Positions 1 through 10,176 of a stretch of 53,337 nucleotides of DNA are shown piece after piece. Below the pieces are notes generated by a model. It ran no database searches and was not told the origin of the DNA. It saw only the letters and a list, made by a program, of their open reading frames with translations. Made by a program: the position numbers and the translations under genes. Source of the stretch: a bacterium (GTDB lineage Bacteria > Arandabacterota > Arandabacteria > Arandabacterales > Arandabacteraceae); the NCBI GenBank assembly GCA_025774115.1, contig JALGWN010000003.1:1-53337 (forward strand), in the 5' to 3' direction. Every line of letters begins with the position of its first letter. Position 1 is the first letter of the stretch.

Positions 1-604
1 AGCCCAGCACCCGGTCCCTGAGGCGCTCCCCCACGAGGTAGCCCAGGGGGAAGAATACGGCACCCAGGCCTGCCCAGATGAGGCCTTCGGCAACCATCCA
101 GGCCACGAAACCGCCGGGACGGCTGAAGGACATAAGATACCTGCATGGGGCCACGCGCATGCCTATAAAGTAGAAACCTGCGCCTGCCATGAGGCCTGCC
201 GAGAGACCTGCCGCCACACGGGATACCTTACTTGTTCCGATCCTTCGGCCAGCCAGGGCGACACTGCCCGCCAGGGCCCCTCCTCCCAGCATGACAGCGA
301 GAGAGGAGTTTGCCTTGCAGAAGAACGAGAGATGGAGCATGGGGACAGCCATCTGCCTCACCATGACGGCGACGGCCGCTATACCGATGAGCATAAGGGG
401 TTTTCTGAAGAAGGCGAATCCGATGGCCATGAGGCCGATCCCCAGGCCGGTCAGGATATCGCCCTTGTAAGGTATATCGCCCGCCTTCATGGCTCCACCG
501 AGACCCACCTCGAGGAAGCCCCAGACGGAGCCGAGCACGATGAGTGCAATGACAATGTCACGAACGGCCGGTGCCGTAGTCTTTTTCTGGCCTAAGTTAT
601 CCAT
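1..604 (-). CDS. hypothetical multi-pass membrane protein (3' end runs off the window)
   Basis: Hand translation from ATG 604..602 (GGAG 6 nt upstream) gives MDNLGQKKTTAPAVRDIVIALIVLGSVWGFLEVGLGG... with no stop down to base 1. Gly/Ala/Leu-rich hydrophobic segments. Absent from the ORF track because it is open at the window edge. Confidence 0.5.
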   Translation of the reverse strand, partial: MDNLGQKKTTAPAVRDIVIALIVLGSVWGFLEVGLGGAMKAGDIPYKGDILTGLGIGLMAIGFAFFRKPLMLIGIAAVAVMVRQMAVPMLHLSFFCKANSSLAVMLGGGALAGSVALAGRRIGTSKVSRVAAGLSAGLMAGAGFYFIGMRVAPCRYLMSFSRPGGFVAWMVAEGLIWAGLGAVFFPLGYLVGERLRDRVLG

Positions 605-653
605 GTGAAACTCCTTTGCCTCGGCGGGACTGCGGGTCCCGATATCCTGAGAG

Positions 654-682
654 ATTCTATATCCCGCCGGCCTTTCTGTCAA
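654..682 (-). promoter_or_regulatory. sigma70-type promoter for the membrane-protein gene
   Basis: Minus strand: TTGACA (682..677), 17-nt spacer, TAGAAT (659..654), about 50 nt upstream of ATG 604. Confidence 0.45.
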
Positions 683-739
683 CCTTGGGATTGCAGATGT
701 GGTGATGCCCCGACTGCCGTCGGGCGCAGAGACCCGACG

Positions 740-1663
740 CTACGCAGGCGCGATTTCCTGGGCGATTTGGGGGTAGTCGGTGCGGGCGGTGATATCGATC
801 CAGGCGACGTCCTTTTCCTTCCGGAACCAGGTCATCTGGCGTTTGGCGAAGTGCCGCGTATTGCGCTTCATGAGGCACACGGCCTCCACATAGGTGGTGG
901 AGCCATCGAGATACCGGAGCACCTCCTGATAGCCCAGGCTGTCACGCACGGCCGGGGCATCCCCATAGCCTTGCTCCACCAGCCTCTTCACTTCCTCGAC
1001 AAGCCCGGCCTCGAGCATCGCATCGACCCTGTGGTCGATCGCCCGGTAGAGCTCTTCCCTGGCCCGGATGAGTCCCACCTTGAGGTACGGCACCCCCAAG
1101 GGCTCGGCGGCCTTCTCGAGTTCACTCATGGGTCTGCCGGCGAGCTCATAGACCTCGAGCGCTCTTATAACTCTAACCAGGTTTTCGGGATCGATTACGC
1201 GCGCCTTCTCAGGATCGACCGCCTCGAGCCTCTCCCAGAGATGCCGCCTGCCCTTACTCTCGGCTTCGGCCTCAAGCCTTGCCCGTAGGGCCTCATCCCT
1301 ACCCGGTCCTTCGAAGATACCGTCTGTGAGGGCCCGGACATAAAGCCCCGTCCCTCCCACAACGACCGGGGTCTTTCCCCTTCCGATGATGTCATCCACC
1401 GCACGCCTGGCCTGCTCCTCAAACATCTTGCATGTATATTCTCTGTCGGGATCGATGACATCTATCAGGTGATGGGGCACCTCATCGCGCATGCGGCTCG
1501 AGGGTTTGGCCGTCCCGATATCCATGCCGCGGTACACCAGCCGCGAATCCGCGGATATGATTTCGCCCCCTACGAGCAAGGCCAGCTGAAACCCGACTTC
1601 GGTCTTACCGACACCGGTTGGGCCTAAGACGATGAGCACGCTTTGCTCTTGGGCCGGCTTCAC
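740..1663 (-). CDS. miaA: tRNA dimethylallyltransferase MiaA
   Basis: P-loop LIVLGPTGVGKT, then ISADSRLVYRGMDIGTAKPS and HHLID. Start moved to the in-frame GTG 1663..1661, which overlaps the mutL stop as GTGA and gives 307 aa, typical for MiaA. The track start at 1732 would overlap mutL by about 70 nt. Confidence 0.9.
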   Translation of the reverse strand: MKPAQEQSVLIVLGPTGVGKTEVGFQLALLVGGEIISADSRLVYRGMDIGTAKPSSRMRDEVPHHLIDVIDPDREYTCKMFEEQARRAVDDIIGRGKTPVVVGGTGLYVRALTDGIFEGPGRDEALRARLEAEAESKGRRHLWERLEAVDPEKARVIDPENLVRVIRALEVYELAGRPMSELEKAAEPLGVPYLKVGLIRAREELYRAIDHRVDAMLEAGLVEEVKRLVEQGYGDAPAVRDSLGYQEVLRYLDGSTTYVEAVCLMKRNTRHFAKRQMTWFRKEKDVAWIDITARTDYPQIAQEIAPA

Positions 1664-3369
1664 CTTCTGAGGAACCTTCGTTCGATCTCTTCCCAGGAGA
1701 GTCTTATCATCGTGGGGCGCCCGTGGGGACATGCGAAGGGCATCCTGGACTTGAAGAGCTGATCCAGGAGTGCCTGGGTCTCCTCCGGGGAGAGCCTGTC
1801 CCCGGCCTTGATGGCGGCCCGGCAGGCAAAGCCGGCGGCCAGGAGATGGTTCATGTCGTCGGATTCCGCCCGGGTCCCGATCACCTCATCGACCATATCG
1901 GTGAGGATAGTCTTCTGAAGGGCTCGCTTGAAGTGGGCCGGCACCGCCTCGACAACGTAGGTCCTCCGTCCGAACTTGCGGACATCGAAACCCATCTTCT
2001 TTATCTCTTCCATGCGTTCGTCGATGAGGTCCTCTTCTTCCGGCGTGACCTCCAGCGATTCCGGGAAGAGGAGCTTCTGCACCACGGGCTCCCGGCCATC
2101 GAGATTCGATTTGGCATCTTCATACAGCACTCTTTCATGTGCCGCATGCTGATCGATGAGATAGAACTCGGCATCGGATTCGGCGAGTATGTAGGCGCTC
2201 TTTATCTGGGCGATCGCGGTGACCTCGGACTCGGTCTCAAGTCTGGGGGCCCGGTACCGCTTTTTCGCCTCGGATACGAAGATCTCCTTCCGGCTCAGCA
2301 GCGGCATGTGGTTGGCCCGGATATCCCCGCCCGGGGTGCCTTGGCGCCTTACGGGCCGGCTTATGAGGGGCGGCACCATCCTGCGGGTTGTAAGCGCGCT
2401 TTGGACGGAGCGAAAGACGAACTGCCGCACGTCCCGTTCCCGGCGGAACCGGACCTGTTTCTTGGTCGGGTGCACATTGAAATCGACCTCGCTGGGGTCG
2501 ATATTGATGAGGATCACCCCGGTCGGATATCTGCGGCTCTTAAGCGTGTTGCCGTAAGCATCGCAGACGGCCCTGAGGATCAACCGGCTTTCCACGGGAC
2601 GGCTGTTTACGAAAATCGAGGTGTAACCCGCCGAACTCCGTGCCTCCTCGGGACGCGAGAGAAAACCGCAGAGTTGGATATACTCATCGGAGACATCGAC
2701 CGGAATCGAGTTCTCACCGAAGTTCCGGCCGAGGATACCTCCGATCCGCTCCTCTATGCTGTTAACGGCCGGCAGGCTCAAGATCACTTTGCGGTCCCTT
2801 ATGAGCTTCATCGAGATCCCATACTGGCTCATGGCGTGGCTGGCGAAGGTCCGGGTTATGTGGCGGACCTCCGTGGCACGGGTCTTGAGGAACTTGGCCC
2901 GCGCCGGCGCATTGTAAAAGAGGTTGGCAATACTCACGGTGGTCCCGGGCGACCGCGATGTCTTGGAAGACTCCCCGACCTTGCCTGCCCGGATCACGAT
3001 CTTCGTGGCCACCTCTTCATCGTAGGGCCTGGTTACTATCTCGACCTCGGCGACACTGGCGATACTGGAGAGCGCCTCACCCCGGAAGCCCATCGTGGTG
3101 ATCCTGTCCAGGTCTTCCACGCTGGCGATCTTGCTTGTCGCATGCCGCTCAAAGGCCAGCAGGGCGTCTTCCTCGGTCATGCCGACGCCGTTATCGGTGA
3201 TCTTTATGAGCTGCCTTCCGTCACCTTTGGTCTCCACCGTAATCTGGGTCGCGCAGGCATCGACGCTGTTCTCGATGAGCTCCTTAACCACCGACGAGGG
3301 TCTGTCCACCACCTCGCCTGCGGCGATGAGATTTATGATCTTATCCGGCAGTATCTTAATCCTGCTCAT
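1660..3369 (-). CDS. mutL: DNA mismatch repair protein MutL
   Basis: N-terminal GHKL ATPase signature IKILPDKIINLIAAGEVVDRPSSVVKELIENSVDA. C-terminal dimerisation region. 14-nt overlap with mutS. Confidence 0.93.
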   Translation of the reverse strand: MSRIKILPDKIINLIAAGEVVDRPSSVVKELIENSVDACATQITVETKGDGRQLIKITDNGVGMTEEDALLAFERHATSKIASVEDLDRITTMGFRGEALSSIASVAEVEIVTRPYDEEVATKIVIRAGKVGESSKTSRSPGTTVSIANLFYNAPARAKFLKTRATEVRHITRTFASHAMSQYGISMKLIRDRKVILSLPAVNSIEERIGGILGRNFGENSIPVDVSDEYIQLCGFLSRPEEARSSAGYTSIFVNSRPVESRLILRAVCDAYGNTLKSRRYPTGVILINIDPSEVDFNVHPTKKQVRFRRERDVRQFVFRSVQSALTTRRMVPPLISRPVRRQGTPGGDIRANHMPLLSRKEIFVSEAKKRYRAPRLETESEVTAIAQIKSAYILAESDAEFYLIDQHAAHERVLYEDAKSNLDGREPVVQKLLFPESLEVTPEEEDLIDERMEEIKKMGFDVRKFGRRTYVVEAVPAHFKRALQKTILTDMVDEVIGTRAESDDMNHLLAAGFACRAAIKAGDRLSPEETQALLDQLFKSRMPFACPHGRPTMIRLSWEEIERRFLRR

Positions 3370-5998
3370 CGTCTTCCCTGCGCTGCCCGGTGGCGATTCT
3401 TTTGAGTTCGGCCACTATCTCGAGCGCTTCAAGCGGCGTGGTGCTATCCAGATCGAGCTCGGAGAGCCTTCGCGTAAGCTCCTTCTCGCTTTCCCAGAGC
3501 GTGAGCTGAATGTCGCCTGAGACCGGTGAGTGTTCGCCGCGGGCGATTCTGGGGATGTCGCCGATACCGTACTCATCCTCCTCCAGATTGGCGAGGATCT
3601 CCTTGGCCCGCTCGATCACGGCCTCAGGCAGCCCGGCCAGTCTCGCGACCTGGATACCGTAGCTCCTGTCAGAGCCGCCTTCAACGATCTTTCTTAAGAA
3701 CACTATTCTATCACCATATTCCTTCACAAGCACGTTGAAATTCCTGACCCGCGCCAGGATACCGGAAAGATCGGTGAGTTCGTGGTAGTGGGTGGCGAAG
3801 AGGGTCATGGGGCGCACCTTCTCACTGTCATGAAGGTACTCGACCACGGCCCAGGCGATGCTCAGACCGTCGAAGGTACTGGTGCCGCGGCCCACCTCAT
3901 CCAGGAGCACGAGGCTCCTCCGGGTTGCATTGTTGAGAATATTGGCTGTCTCGATCATCTCCACGAGAAAGGTGCTCTGGCCCCGGGCAACCCTGTCGGT
4001 GGCGCCTATTCGGGTGAACACCTTGTCCACTATGCCGAGGCCGGCCCTGGTGGCCGGTACGAAGCTTCCCATCTGGGCCATGATCACTATCAACGCAACC
4101 TGCCTGAGGTATGTGGACTTGCCCGCCATGTTGGGTCCGGTGATGACGAGGATCTGGTTATCGCCATCCAGAAGCACATCGTTGGGCACGAACTGCTCGT
4201 CGCCTAAGAAACGCTCGACCACAGGATGCCTGCCCTCGCGAATCTCTATAGCGCCATCTTCGGAAATCTCGGGCTTCACATAGTCACCGCTCCTGGCGGT
4301 CTCCGCGAAGGAGGCCAGGACATCGAGCTCGGCCACCATGCGGGCCCCATCCTGGATACGTTCGGTATAGGCTGCAACTTCCGATCTTATGCTCCTGAAG
4401 ATCTCATCCTCCAGAGCCCACGCCCGCTCTTCCGCACGCAGGATCTCGGACTCTTTCTCCTTGAGGGCTTCGGTCACATACCTTTCAGCCCCTACAAGCG
4501 TCTGCTTGCGGATGTAGTCGGAAGGCACACGGCCGAGGTTGGCCTTGCTCACTTCGAGGTAATAGCCGAACACCTTGTTGAAGCCCACCTTGAGCGTGGC
4601 GATACCGGTCCGCTCCCGTTCGGCCGTCTGACGATCGACTATCCACTTCTTGGCGTGCTGCGAGGCATGCCGCAGCTTATCGAGCTCGGCATCGTAGCCC
4701 TCCCGCACCACACTCCCTTCCTTAAAGAGCGCCGGGGCTTCGGGCTTTATGGCGTCCGCCACGAGCTTCCTCACGTCCTCCAGCAGGGGAAGATCCTCGG
4801 CCACGGCCGCAAGCGTCTTCGAGGTCGAGCCGGAAAGCACCTTCTTTATATCGGGGAAGAGATCCAGGGATTCCCTTATTGCCGTAAGATCGCTCGGACC
4901 CGCACGCTCGCAGCAAACCCGCCCTATGAGGCGCTCCAGATCGTTTATCTGTCTGAGGACGCTTCTCAGGTCCTTACGCCCGATCTCATCGGTCACCAGA
5001 TCGTCCACCGCCTCGAGCCGTCCCAAAATGGCGGTACGGGTAGTGAGCGGGTTTCTTACCCAGGCCCTCAGTTTCCGCCCGCCCATCGATGTCATGGTCT
5101 CATCCAGCACGTTTATGAGCGAGGCGTCGGCATCTTCCGGATGCAGGGGTTTGAGGATCTCCAGATTGGCCAGCGAGTCCTCGTCGATTTCCATATAGAG
5201 GGACCTGCTGTGCACCGACATCCGCGAGATGTGCGGCAGGAGGCGTTTCTGGGTCTGTCTCAGGTAGGATATGAGCGCTCCGGCCGCCCCCACGGCAAGG
5301 TGCATGTTCCGGCAGCCGAAGCCGTCAAGGGAAGTCACTTTGAAGTGGTCGCGGAGAATCGATGCCGCCGCATCCGCAAGGAAGAGCCAGGTATCGAGGC
5401 GGGTAACGGTGGTGCCGGGGAGTATTTGCCCTACCCTTTGAAGTACGGCCTCATCGGTATCGTCCCGGGATACGAGGATCTCACTGGGGCCGGTCTTGGC
5501 CACTTCCTCATAGAGCTCCTGGGTTGTGACCTCGCTTACCGTAAACTCACCCGTGGAAAGATCGGCGCGTGCGATGCCCCAGCGAGCGCCCTCACCGGAA
5601 AGCGCCACCAGGTAGTTGTTCTCCTTATCCTCCAGGAGCAGCGATGAGGTCACGGTCCCGGGGGTTATCACCTCCACCACTTTTCGTCTGACGAGCCCCT
5701 TGGCCTGCTTGGGGTCTTCGACCTGTTCGCATATCGCCACCTTGAGTCCGGCCCGGACAAGCCGTGCGACGTAGGTATCGATGGCATGATAGGGGACGCC
5801 GGCCAGCGGGATCCTCTTATCACCCTCACGCGCCCGTGAGGTGAGTGCGATCCCGAGAACCTTCGATGCCGTTACGGCGTCATCGTAGAAGGTCTCGTAG
5901 AAATCCCCCATTCTGAAGAGCAGCAGGGTATCCGGGTACTCCTTCTTGATACCCAAATACTGCGACATCATCGGGGTCTGTTGGGAATTCTTCGCCAT
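3356..5998 (-). CDS. mutS: DNA mismatch repair protein MutS
   Basis: 880 aa. TPMMSQYLGIKKEYPDTLLLFRMGDFYETF mismatch-binding start, Walker A ITGPNMAGKSTYLRQ, and STFLVEM / DEVGRGTSTFDG motifs. Confidence 0.95.
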   Translation of the reverse strand: MAKNSQQTPMMSQYLGIKKEYPDTLLLFRMGDFYETFYDDAVTASKVLGIALTSRAREGDKRIPLAGVPYHAIDTYVARLVRAGLKVAICEQVEDPKQAKGLVRRKVVEVITPGTVTSSLLLEDKENNYLVALSGEGARWGIARADLSTGEFTVSEVTTQELYEEVAKTGPSEILVSRDDTDEAVLQRVGQILPGTTVTRLDTWLFLADAAASILRDHFKVTSLDGFGCRNMHLAVGAAGALISYLRQTQKRLLPHISRMSVHSRSLYMEIDEDSLANLEILKPLHPEDADASLINVLDETMTSMGGRKLRAWVRNPLTTRTAILGRLEAVDDLVTDEIGRKDLRSVLRQINDLERLIGRVCCERAGPSDLTAIRESLDLFPDIKKVLSGSTSKTLAAVAEDLPLLEDVRKLVADAIKPEAPALFKEGSVVREGYDAELDKLRHASQHAKKWIVDRQTAERERTGIATLKVGFNKVFGYYLEVSKANLGRVPSDYIRKQTLVGAERYVTEALKEKESEILRAEERAWALEDEIFRSIRSEVAAYTERIQDGARMVAELDVLASFAETARSGDYVKPEISEDGAIEIREGRHPVVERFLGDEQFVPNDVLLDGDNQILVITGPNMAGKSTYLRQVALIVIMAQMGSFVPATRAGLGIVDKVFTRIGATDRVARGQSTFLVEMIETANILNNATRRSLVLLDEVGRGTSTFDGLSIAWAVVEYLHDSEKVRPMTLFATHYHELTDLSGILARVRNFNVLVKEYGDRIVFLRKIVEGGSDRSYGIQVARLAGLPEAVIERAKEILANLEEDEYGIGDIPRIARGEHSPVSGDIQLTLWESEKELTRRLSELDLDSTTPLEALEIVAELKRIATGQRREDDEQD

Positions 5999-6046
5999 CG
6001 CGCTAAAACGGGATCACAGGCCCAAGCCCCCTTCCGGGGCTCAGAC

Positions 6047-7180
6047 TCAAATGAAAGTCTCCCACTCCCTGCAGTTGGGGCACCGCCACAAGACTTCGTT
6101 CGACTCATGCCCGCAATTGCTACAGACGTAGTGTTCCTCGTCGGAGGAGAAACCGTTGAAGGCTTCCACCATCGCCCTCAGCGAACGCTCCGTATCGCCC
6201 TTCTCATAATACAGCCTGGCCAGTGCCTGCTTGGCACGCGTCGACTCGGGATCGAATTCCAGGGCCGTCTGCACATACCGGAGCGCGTCATCCAGATCAC
6301 CCTTCTTCCGCTGGATGTTGGCAAGCGTCATAAGGGTGCGCACATCCCCGGGATTCCTCTCCAGGAGGTCATTATAAAGATCGACTATCTTCTCGAACTT
6401 GCCCTTCTCATAGAACGCCTTTTCCAGACGTCTGAAAGTTATGTAGGCGATCTTCGGGAACACCGTGATGATGCGCCTCCAGGAGGATATCGCGTTATCG
6501 ATGTGTCCGGTCGCATAGTAGAGATCGCCGAGATAAAGGTATCCCGCGGCACACTCTGAATCTATCTTGAGAGCGTCTTTAAGACTGCTCTCGGCCTTCT
6601 TCATATCCCCGTGGTCGAGATAGGACTTGCCCACATAGGCTTTGTAGAGCGCAAGAAATCTGGTGTCGTCCACCTTCCTGGTCTTGGAGAGGTCCCTTCT
6701 TACAAGGTAAGCCTTATCCCATTCCTTCATCTCCTCATAGACATCCAGGAGCTCGTTCATCGCCTTATCATTCCGCGGTTGAAGCTGGATCACCTGTTCG
6801 TAGCTCGCCGCAGCCCGGTCGAGGCGCTTGGCCTGGAGATAGTCGCGGGCGAGGCTCAAGAGCACCCTCGCGAGGGTGCCCTTCGGAAGATTGGGCCGGA
6901 CCGTAAGCTCCCGATGTATCTGGGTCGCCTTGCGCACATCACCTGTCTCTCTGAAAGCATCGCCCAGCCTCAGATAGGGGTCGACTTCCTGGGGTTCGTC
7001 CCGAATCGCTTGCCGGAAGGCGCTGAGGGCCTGGTTATAGTCTCCGTCCAGGAGAGCGGAGATGCCCTCGACATATGGATTACCACCCGAACCTCTCCTC
7101 CGTTTCGCCTGAATGCTTACCCATACCCGATGAAAGATGATGGCGACTACACAGAGTATGAGAATTATCCAGATGGTCAC
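6047..7180 (-). CDS. lapB: LapB/YciM-like LPS assembly regulator (N-terminal TM, TPR repeats, C-terminal rubredoxin-type zinc finger)
   Basis: Single N-terminal TM helix, TPR-like repeats throughout, C-terminal CSNCGHESNEVLWRCPNCREWETF. Start overlaps the upstream lapA-like gene as ATGA, the same order as E. coli lapA-lapB. Confidence 0.75.
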   Translation of the reverse strand: MTIWIILILCVVAIIFHRVWVSIQAKRRRGSGGNPYVEGISALLDGDYNQALSAFRQAIRDEPQEVDPYLRLGDAFRETGDVRKATQIHRELTVRPNLPKGTLARVLLSLARDYLQAKRLDRAAASYEQVIQLQPRNDKAMNELLDVYEEMKEWDKAYLVRRDLSKTRKVDDTRFLALYKAYVGKSYLDHGDMKKAESSLKDALKIDSECAAGYLYLGDLYYATGHIDNAISSWRRIITVFPKIAYITFRRLEKAFYEKGKFEKIVDLYNDLLERNPGDVRTLMTLANIQRKKGDLDDALRYVQTALEFDPESTRAKQALARLYYEKGDTERSLRAMVEAFNGFSSDEEHYVCSNCGHESNEVLWRCPNCREWETFI

Positions 7181-7521
7181 GGCTGCACTTCCTTTCCTTC
7201 CTGAGGCTTACTCTCATCCACGGGCTCCTCGAGCGGCAGGTTTCTCAAGGCCACCAATTCGTCCTCGAGATCTCTGTTTCGCTTCTTCAGACGTCTGACG
7301 TTGAGTCCCATGTCTATGAAGTAGTACAGGCTGTAAAGGACGCTAAGGATGATTCCGACCACGAACGCTATGAAGAGCGCGAGTATCAGAGGCACCCCTT
7401 CATACGCGATCCAACCCAGGCTCACGAGCACGCGCTCGCTGGGATTCATGACCGCAAACGCAATTATGGCGACAGTGATAATAAGCAGTGCAATCGCAGC
7501 GATTACCCTCGGAATATTCAT
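7177..7521 (-). CDS. LapA-like small inner-membrane protein (DUF1049-type)
   Basis: 114 aa with two hydrophobic helices followed by a charged coiled tail (RRLKKRNRDLEDELVALR). Lies immediately upstream of, and overlapping, the lapB-like gene. Confidence 0.55.
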   Translation of the reverse strand: MNIPRVIAAIALLIITVAIIAFAVMNPSERVLVSLGWIAYEGVPLILALFIAFVVGIILSVLYSLYYFIDMGLNVRRLKKRNRDLEDELVALRNLPLEEPVDESKPQEGKEVQP

Positions 7522-7522
7522 A

Positions 7523-8845
7523 TTATGCTCCTATCTGATTCTCCACCGTCTCACAGGTTATCATCCATCTGGAGACACCGGTGATTCTGGCGGTCACTAC
7601 CTCCCCTCTTCTTACACCTTTTTGGGGTAGCTTTGCAAGCCAGTTTTTTCGAGTCCGGCCGATCAGGAAACCGGGTTCTTTTTGGCTTTCGCGCTCCACC
7701 AGGATCTCCACCGTGGTGCCCGGCATACACCGCTTCTTCCGGTCGATCAGGCTGTTCTGGAGGGCTATGACCTGCTTGAGCCGTCTGACTTTCTCCTCTT
7801 CCGGCACATCGTCCGGAAGATCGGCCGCCGCGGTCCCGCTCCGGGCCGAGTAGCAGAACATGAATGCGGATTCGAACCCCACTTCCTCCATCACCTCGAG
7901 CGTATTCTTGTGATCCCGAGCCTCCTCCGAAGGGAAGCCGACCAGAATGTCGGTGCTCAGGGCCACGCCCGGTATCGCTGTCCGGGCAAAGGCCGCAAGG
8001 TCCCGATAGGCCCCGGAGGTGTAACCCCGGTTCATGAGATCGAGCATCCTGTCCGAACCGCTCTGAAGAGGAAGGTGTATGTGTTCGCATACCTTGGGTA
8101 AGGAGCCTATCTTCTCTATCACCGTGTGCGTCAGGTCCTTTGGATGCGATGTCGTGAAGCGGATTCGCCGAAGCCCCGGCACCTCGTTTACGCTCTCCAG
8201 CAGATCGCCGAAATCCAGCTCGCCGTCGTCGTAGGAGTTGACATTCTGGCCTATAAGGGTGACCTCTTTGACCCCGAGATCCACCAGGTGTCCGACCTCA
8301 TCCAGTACCTCCCGGTGCGGTTTGCTCCTCTCCGGGCCCCTGACGTAGGGTACGACACAGTAAGAACAGAAGTTATTGCAGCCGCGCATTATTGTGACAA
8401 AGGCGGTGACGCGGTCATGGCCGCCGGGCCGGAGACCATACATGCCGCCGGGGTCTCGGGCGATATCGATCACCGGGTCCCGCCCGGCCCTCAAGGTCTC
8501 GAGCAGTGCCGGGAGGCGGGGATAGGTATCCGGCCCGGCCACAAGATCGATCCGCCCGCCGTGATCAAGCAGGCTCTTACCCAGACGCTGGGCCATGCAT
8601 CCAATGATGCCTATCACGGTATCGGGGTCGCCGCTCCTCCGGGACGCAAGTTCATAAGCTCTGGTGAGGGCCTTGCGTTCGGCACGTTCCCTTACGCTGC
8701 AGGTGTTTATAAGGATGATATCCGCGCCTGCCGCGTCCGCGGCCTGCTTGTAACCGGCGCCGGTGAGCACCTCGGCGACAAACGCCGAGTCGTAGATGTT
8801 CATCTGGCAGCCAAGGGTTTCGATGAAGAAGGTTTTATCGTCCAT
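7523..8845 (-). CDS. miaB: tRNA-i6A37 methylthiotransferase MiaB (radical SAM)
   Basis: FIETLGCQMNIYDS N-terminal cluster domain, radical-SAM CNNFCSYCVVP, C-terminal TRAM region. Confidence 0.9.
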   Translation of the reverse strand: MDDKTFFIETLGCQMNIYDSAFVAEVLTGAGYKQAADAAGADIILINTCSVRERAERKALTRAYELASRRSGDPDTVIGIIGCMAQRLGKSLLDHGGRIDLVAGPDTYPRLPALLETLRAGRDPVIDIARDPGGMYGLRPGGHDRVTAFVTIMRGCNNFCSYCVVPYVRGPERSKPHREVLDEVGHLVDLGVKEVTLIGQNVNSYDDGELDFGDLLESVNEVPGLRRIRFTTSHPKDLTHTVIEKIGSLPKVCEHIHLPLQSGSDRMLDLMNRGYTSGAYRDLAAFARTAIPGVALSTDILVGFPSEEARDHKNTLEVMEEVGFESAFMFCYSARSGTAAADLPDDVPEEEKVRRLKQVIALQNSLIDRKKRCMPGTTVEILVERESQKEPGFLIGRTRKNWLAKLPQKGVRRGEVVTARITGVSRWMITCETVENQIGA

Positions 8846-8865
8846 TGCTTATCTCTCGGCCCGGA

Positions 8866-10176
8866 TTATTCACAAGCCCTCTCACCGGCGGCCAGGACGC
8901 CGTCGGCCTCTATTCCCATGACCCGGGCCGTTATGAGTCTGCCCCTGGAGAGCGGACTTCGGAAGTAGGTCCTCACATAGTTACCGCTTAGGCCGGTTGC
9001 GGGCCGGTCTGCCTTGGGGCCCAGCACCAGGACTTCGATGGTCTTCCCGATAAGTGACTGTCTGAAGGCTTGTGACTTCGCCTTGCCCAGTTCCCTCAAG
9101 ATGCGACTCCTCTCCTTCCTTACCGGAGGCTCGACCTGGTCGGTGAAGCCCGCCGCCGGGGTGCCCCTCCGCTTCGAGAAGGAGAATACGTGAAGATATG
9201 TTACCGGTAGATCCTCGAGGAGCCGGCGGGTGTTCTCAAAGGCAGCCCGGTCCTCGCCCGGAAACCCCACCATCACATCCGCGCCGATGCCGCAAGCGGG
9301 TATGGTATCGGCTATCCTCTGTATCAGGCTCCGATACCGGTCGCGGTTATAAGGCCTTCCCATGCGCCGGAGCACGCCGTCATCGCCGCTTTGGAGCGGT
9401 ATGTGTACGTGGGGGCATACCTTGGCTTGAGCATCCGCCATCGTCTCTATCAGGCGATCGGAGAAATCCGTGGGTTCGACCGAGCTCAGGCGAATCCTTT
9501 CGAGTCCCGGGATAGCGGCTATCTCCCTGATGAGGTCGGCCGGCGAAAGGCCGGGCGTGAGATCTTGCCCATACGCCCCGAGGTGCACAACTGTGAGCAC
9601 CACCTCGGTGAACCCTTCCCCCACGAGTATCTCGATCTCTTCTCTAACGTGCTCCGGCCGCTTGCTTCTGCTTCCTCCCCGGGCAAGCGGCACGGCGCAG
9701 TAGGTGCACCTGTTGTCACACCCGTCCTGTATCTTGACAAAGGCCCTCGTGTAACCGCCGAAGCCGTGAAGCCGCGTGTGGACCGGCAGGGTCTCGATCC
9801 GGTCTATGTCGGCGACCTCGACGGTCGGGCGGCGCGGTTTGCCGGCCTTAAGATAGCGTACTATGTCTTGCTTCTCCTCGTTACCGAGCACATAATCGAC
9901 GCCTTCGATCGCGGTGAGGTCACCGGGGGAGCGTTGCGCGTAGCAGCCTGTGACCACAATCAGGGCGTCGGGGTTGGCCCTTAGAGCCCTTCTCACCGCC
10001 TGGCGGGACCTGTAATCGCTCTTCGAGGTCACCGTGCAGGTATTTATGACGAACATGTCGGAGTCTGCGGTTCCATCCCGGCTCCGGAAGCCTTCCCGCT
10101 GGGCGAGCTCGCGCATCTGTTCGGTCTCGAACTGATTGAGTTTGCAGCCGACGGTTATGAAAGTAATGGATTGCAT
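8866..10176 (-). CDS. mtaB: MtaB-like tRNA methylthiotransferase (radical SAM)
   Basis: ITFITVGCKLNQFETE, radical-SAM CDNRCTYCAVP. Start set to ATG 10176..10174 (MQSITF...), which overlaps the upstream stop as TGATG. The track start at 10269 adds 31 unconserved residues. Confidence 0.8.
   Translation of the reverse strand: MQSITFITVGCKLNQFETEQMRELAQREGFRSRDGTADSDMFVINTCTVTSKSDYRSRQAVRRALRANPDALIVVTGCYAQRSPGDLTAIEGVDYVLGNEEKQDIVRYLKAGKPRRPTVEVADIDRIETLPVHTRLHGFGGYTRAFVKIQDGCDNRCTYCAVPLARGGSRSKRPEHVREEIEILVGEGFTEVVLTVVHLGAYGQDLTPGLSPADLIREIAAIPGLERIRLSSVEPTDFSDRLIETMADAQAKVCPHVHIPLQSGDDGVLRRMGRPYNRDRYRSLIQRIADTIPACGIGADVMVGFPGEDRAAFENTRRLLEDLPVTYLHVFSFSKRRGTPAAGFTDQVEPPVRKERSRILRELGKAKSQAFRQSLIGKTIEVLVLGPKADRPATGLSGNYVRTYFRSPLSRGRLITARVMGIEADGVLAAGERACE

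Noticed and set aside
1723-3405. 560-aa plus-strand ORF, the longest of many long antisense ORFs. Others include 4226..5647, 10308..11399, 12554..14152, 19120..20526, 22525..23328, 27983..29503, 31981..32733 and 36018..37037.
   Set aside because: Each lies exactly opposite a gene with clear family motifs. Each has Arg/Gly/Pro/His-rich low-complexity translations and no motifs. Long shadow ORFs like these are expected in GC-rich DNA.
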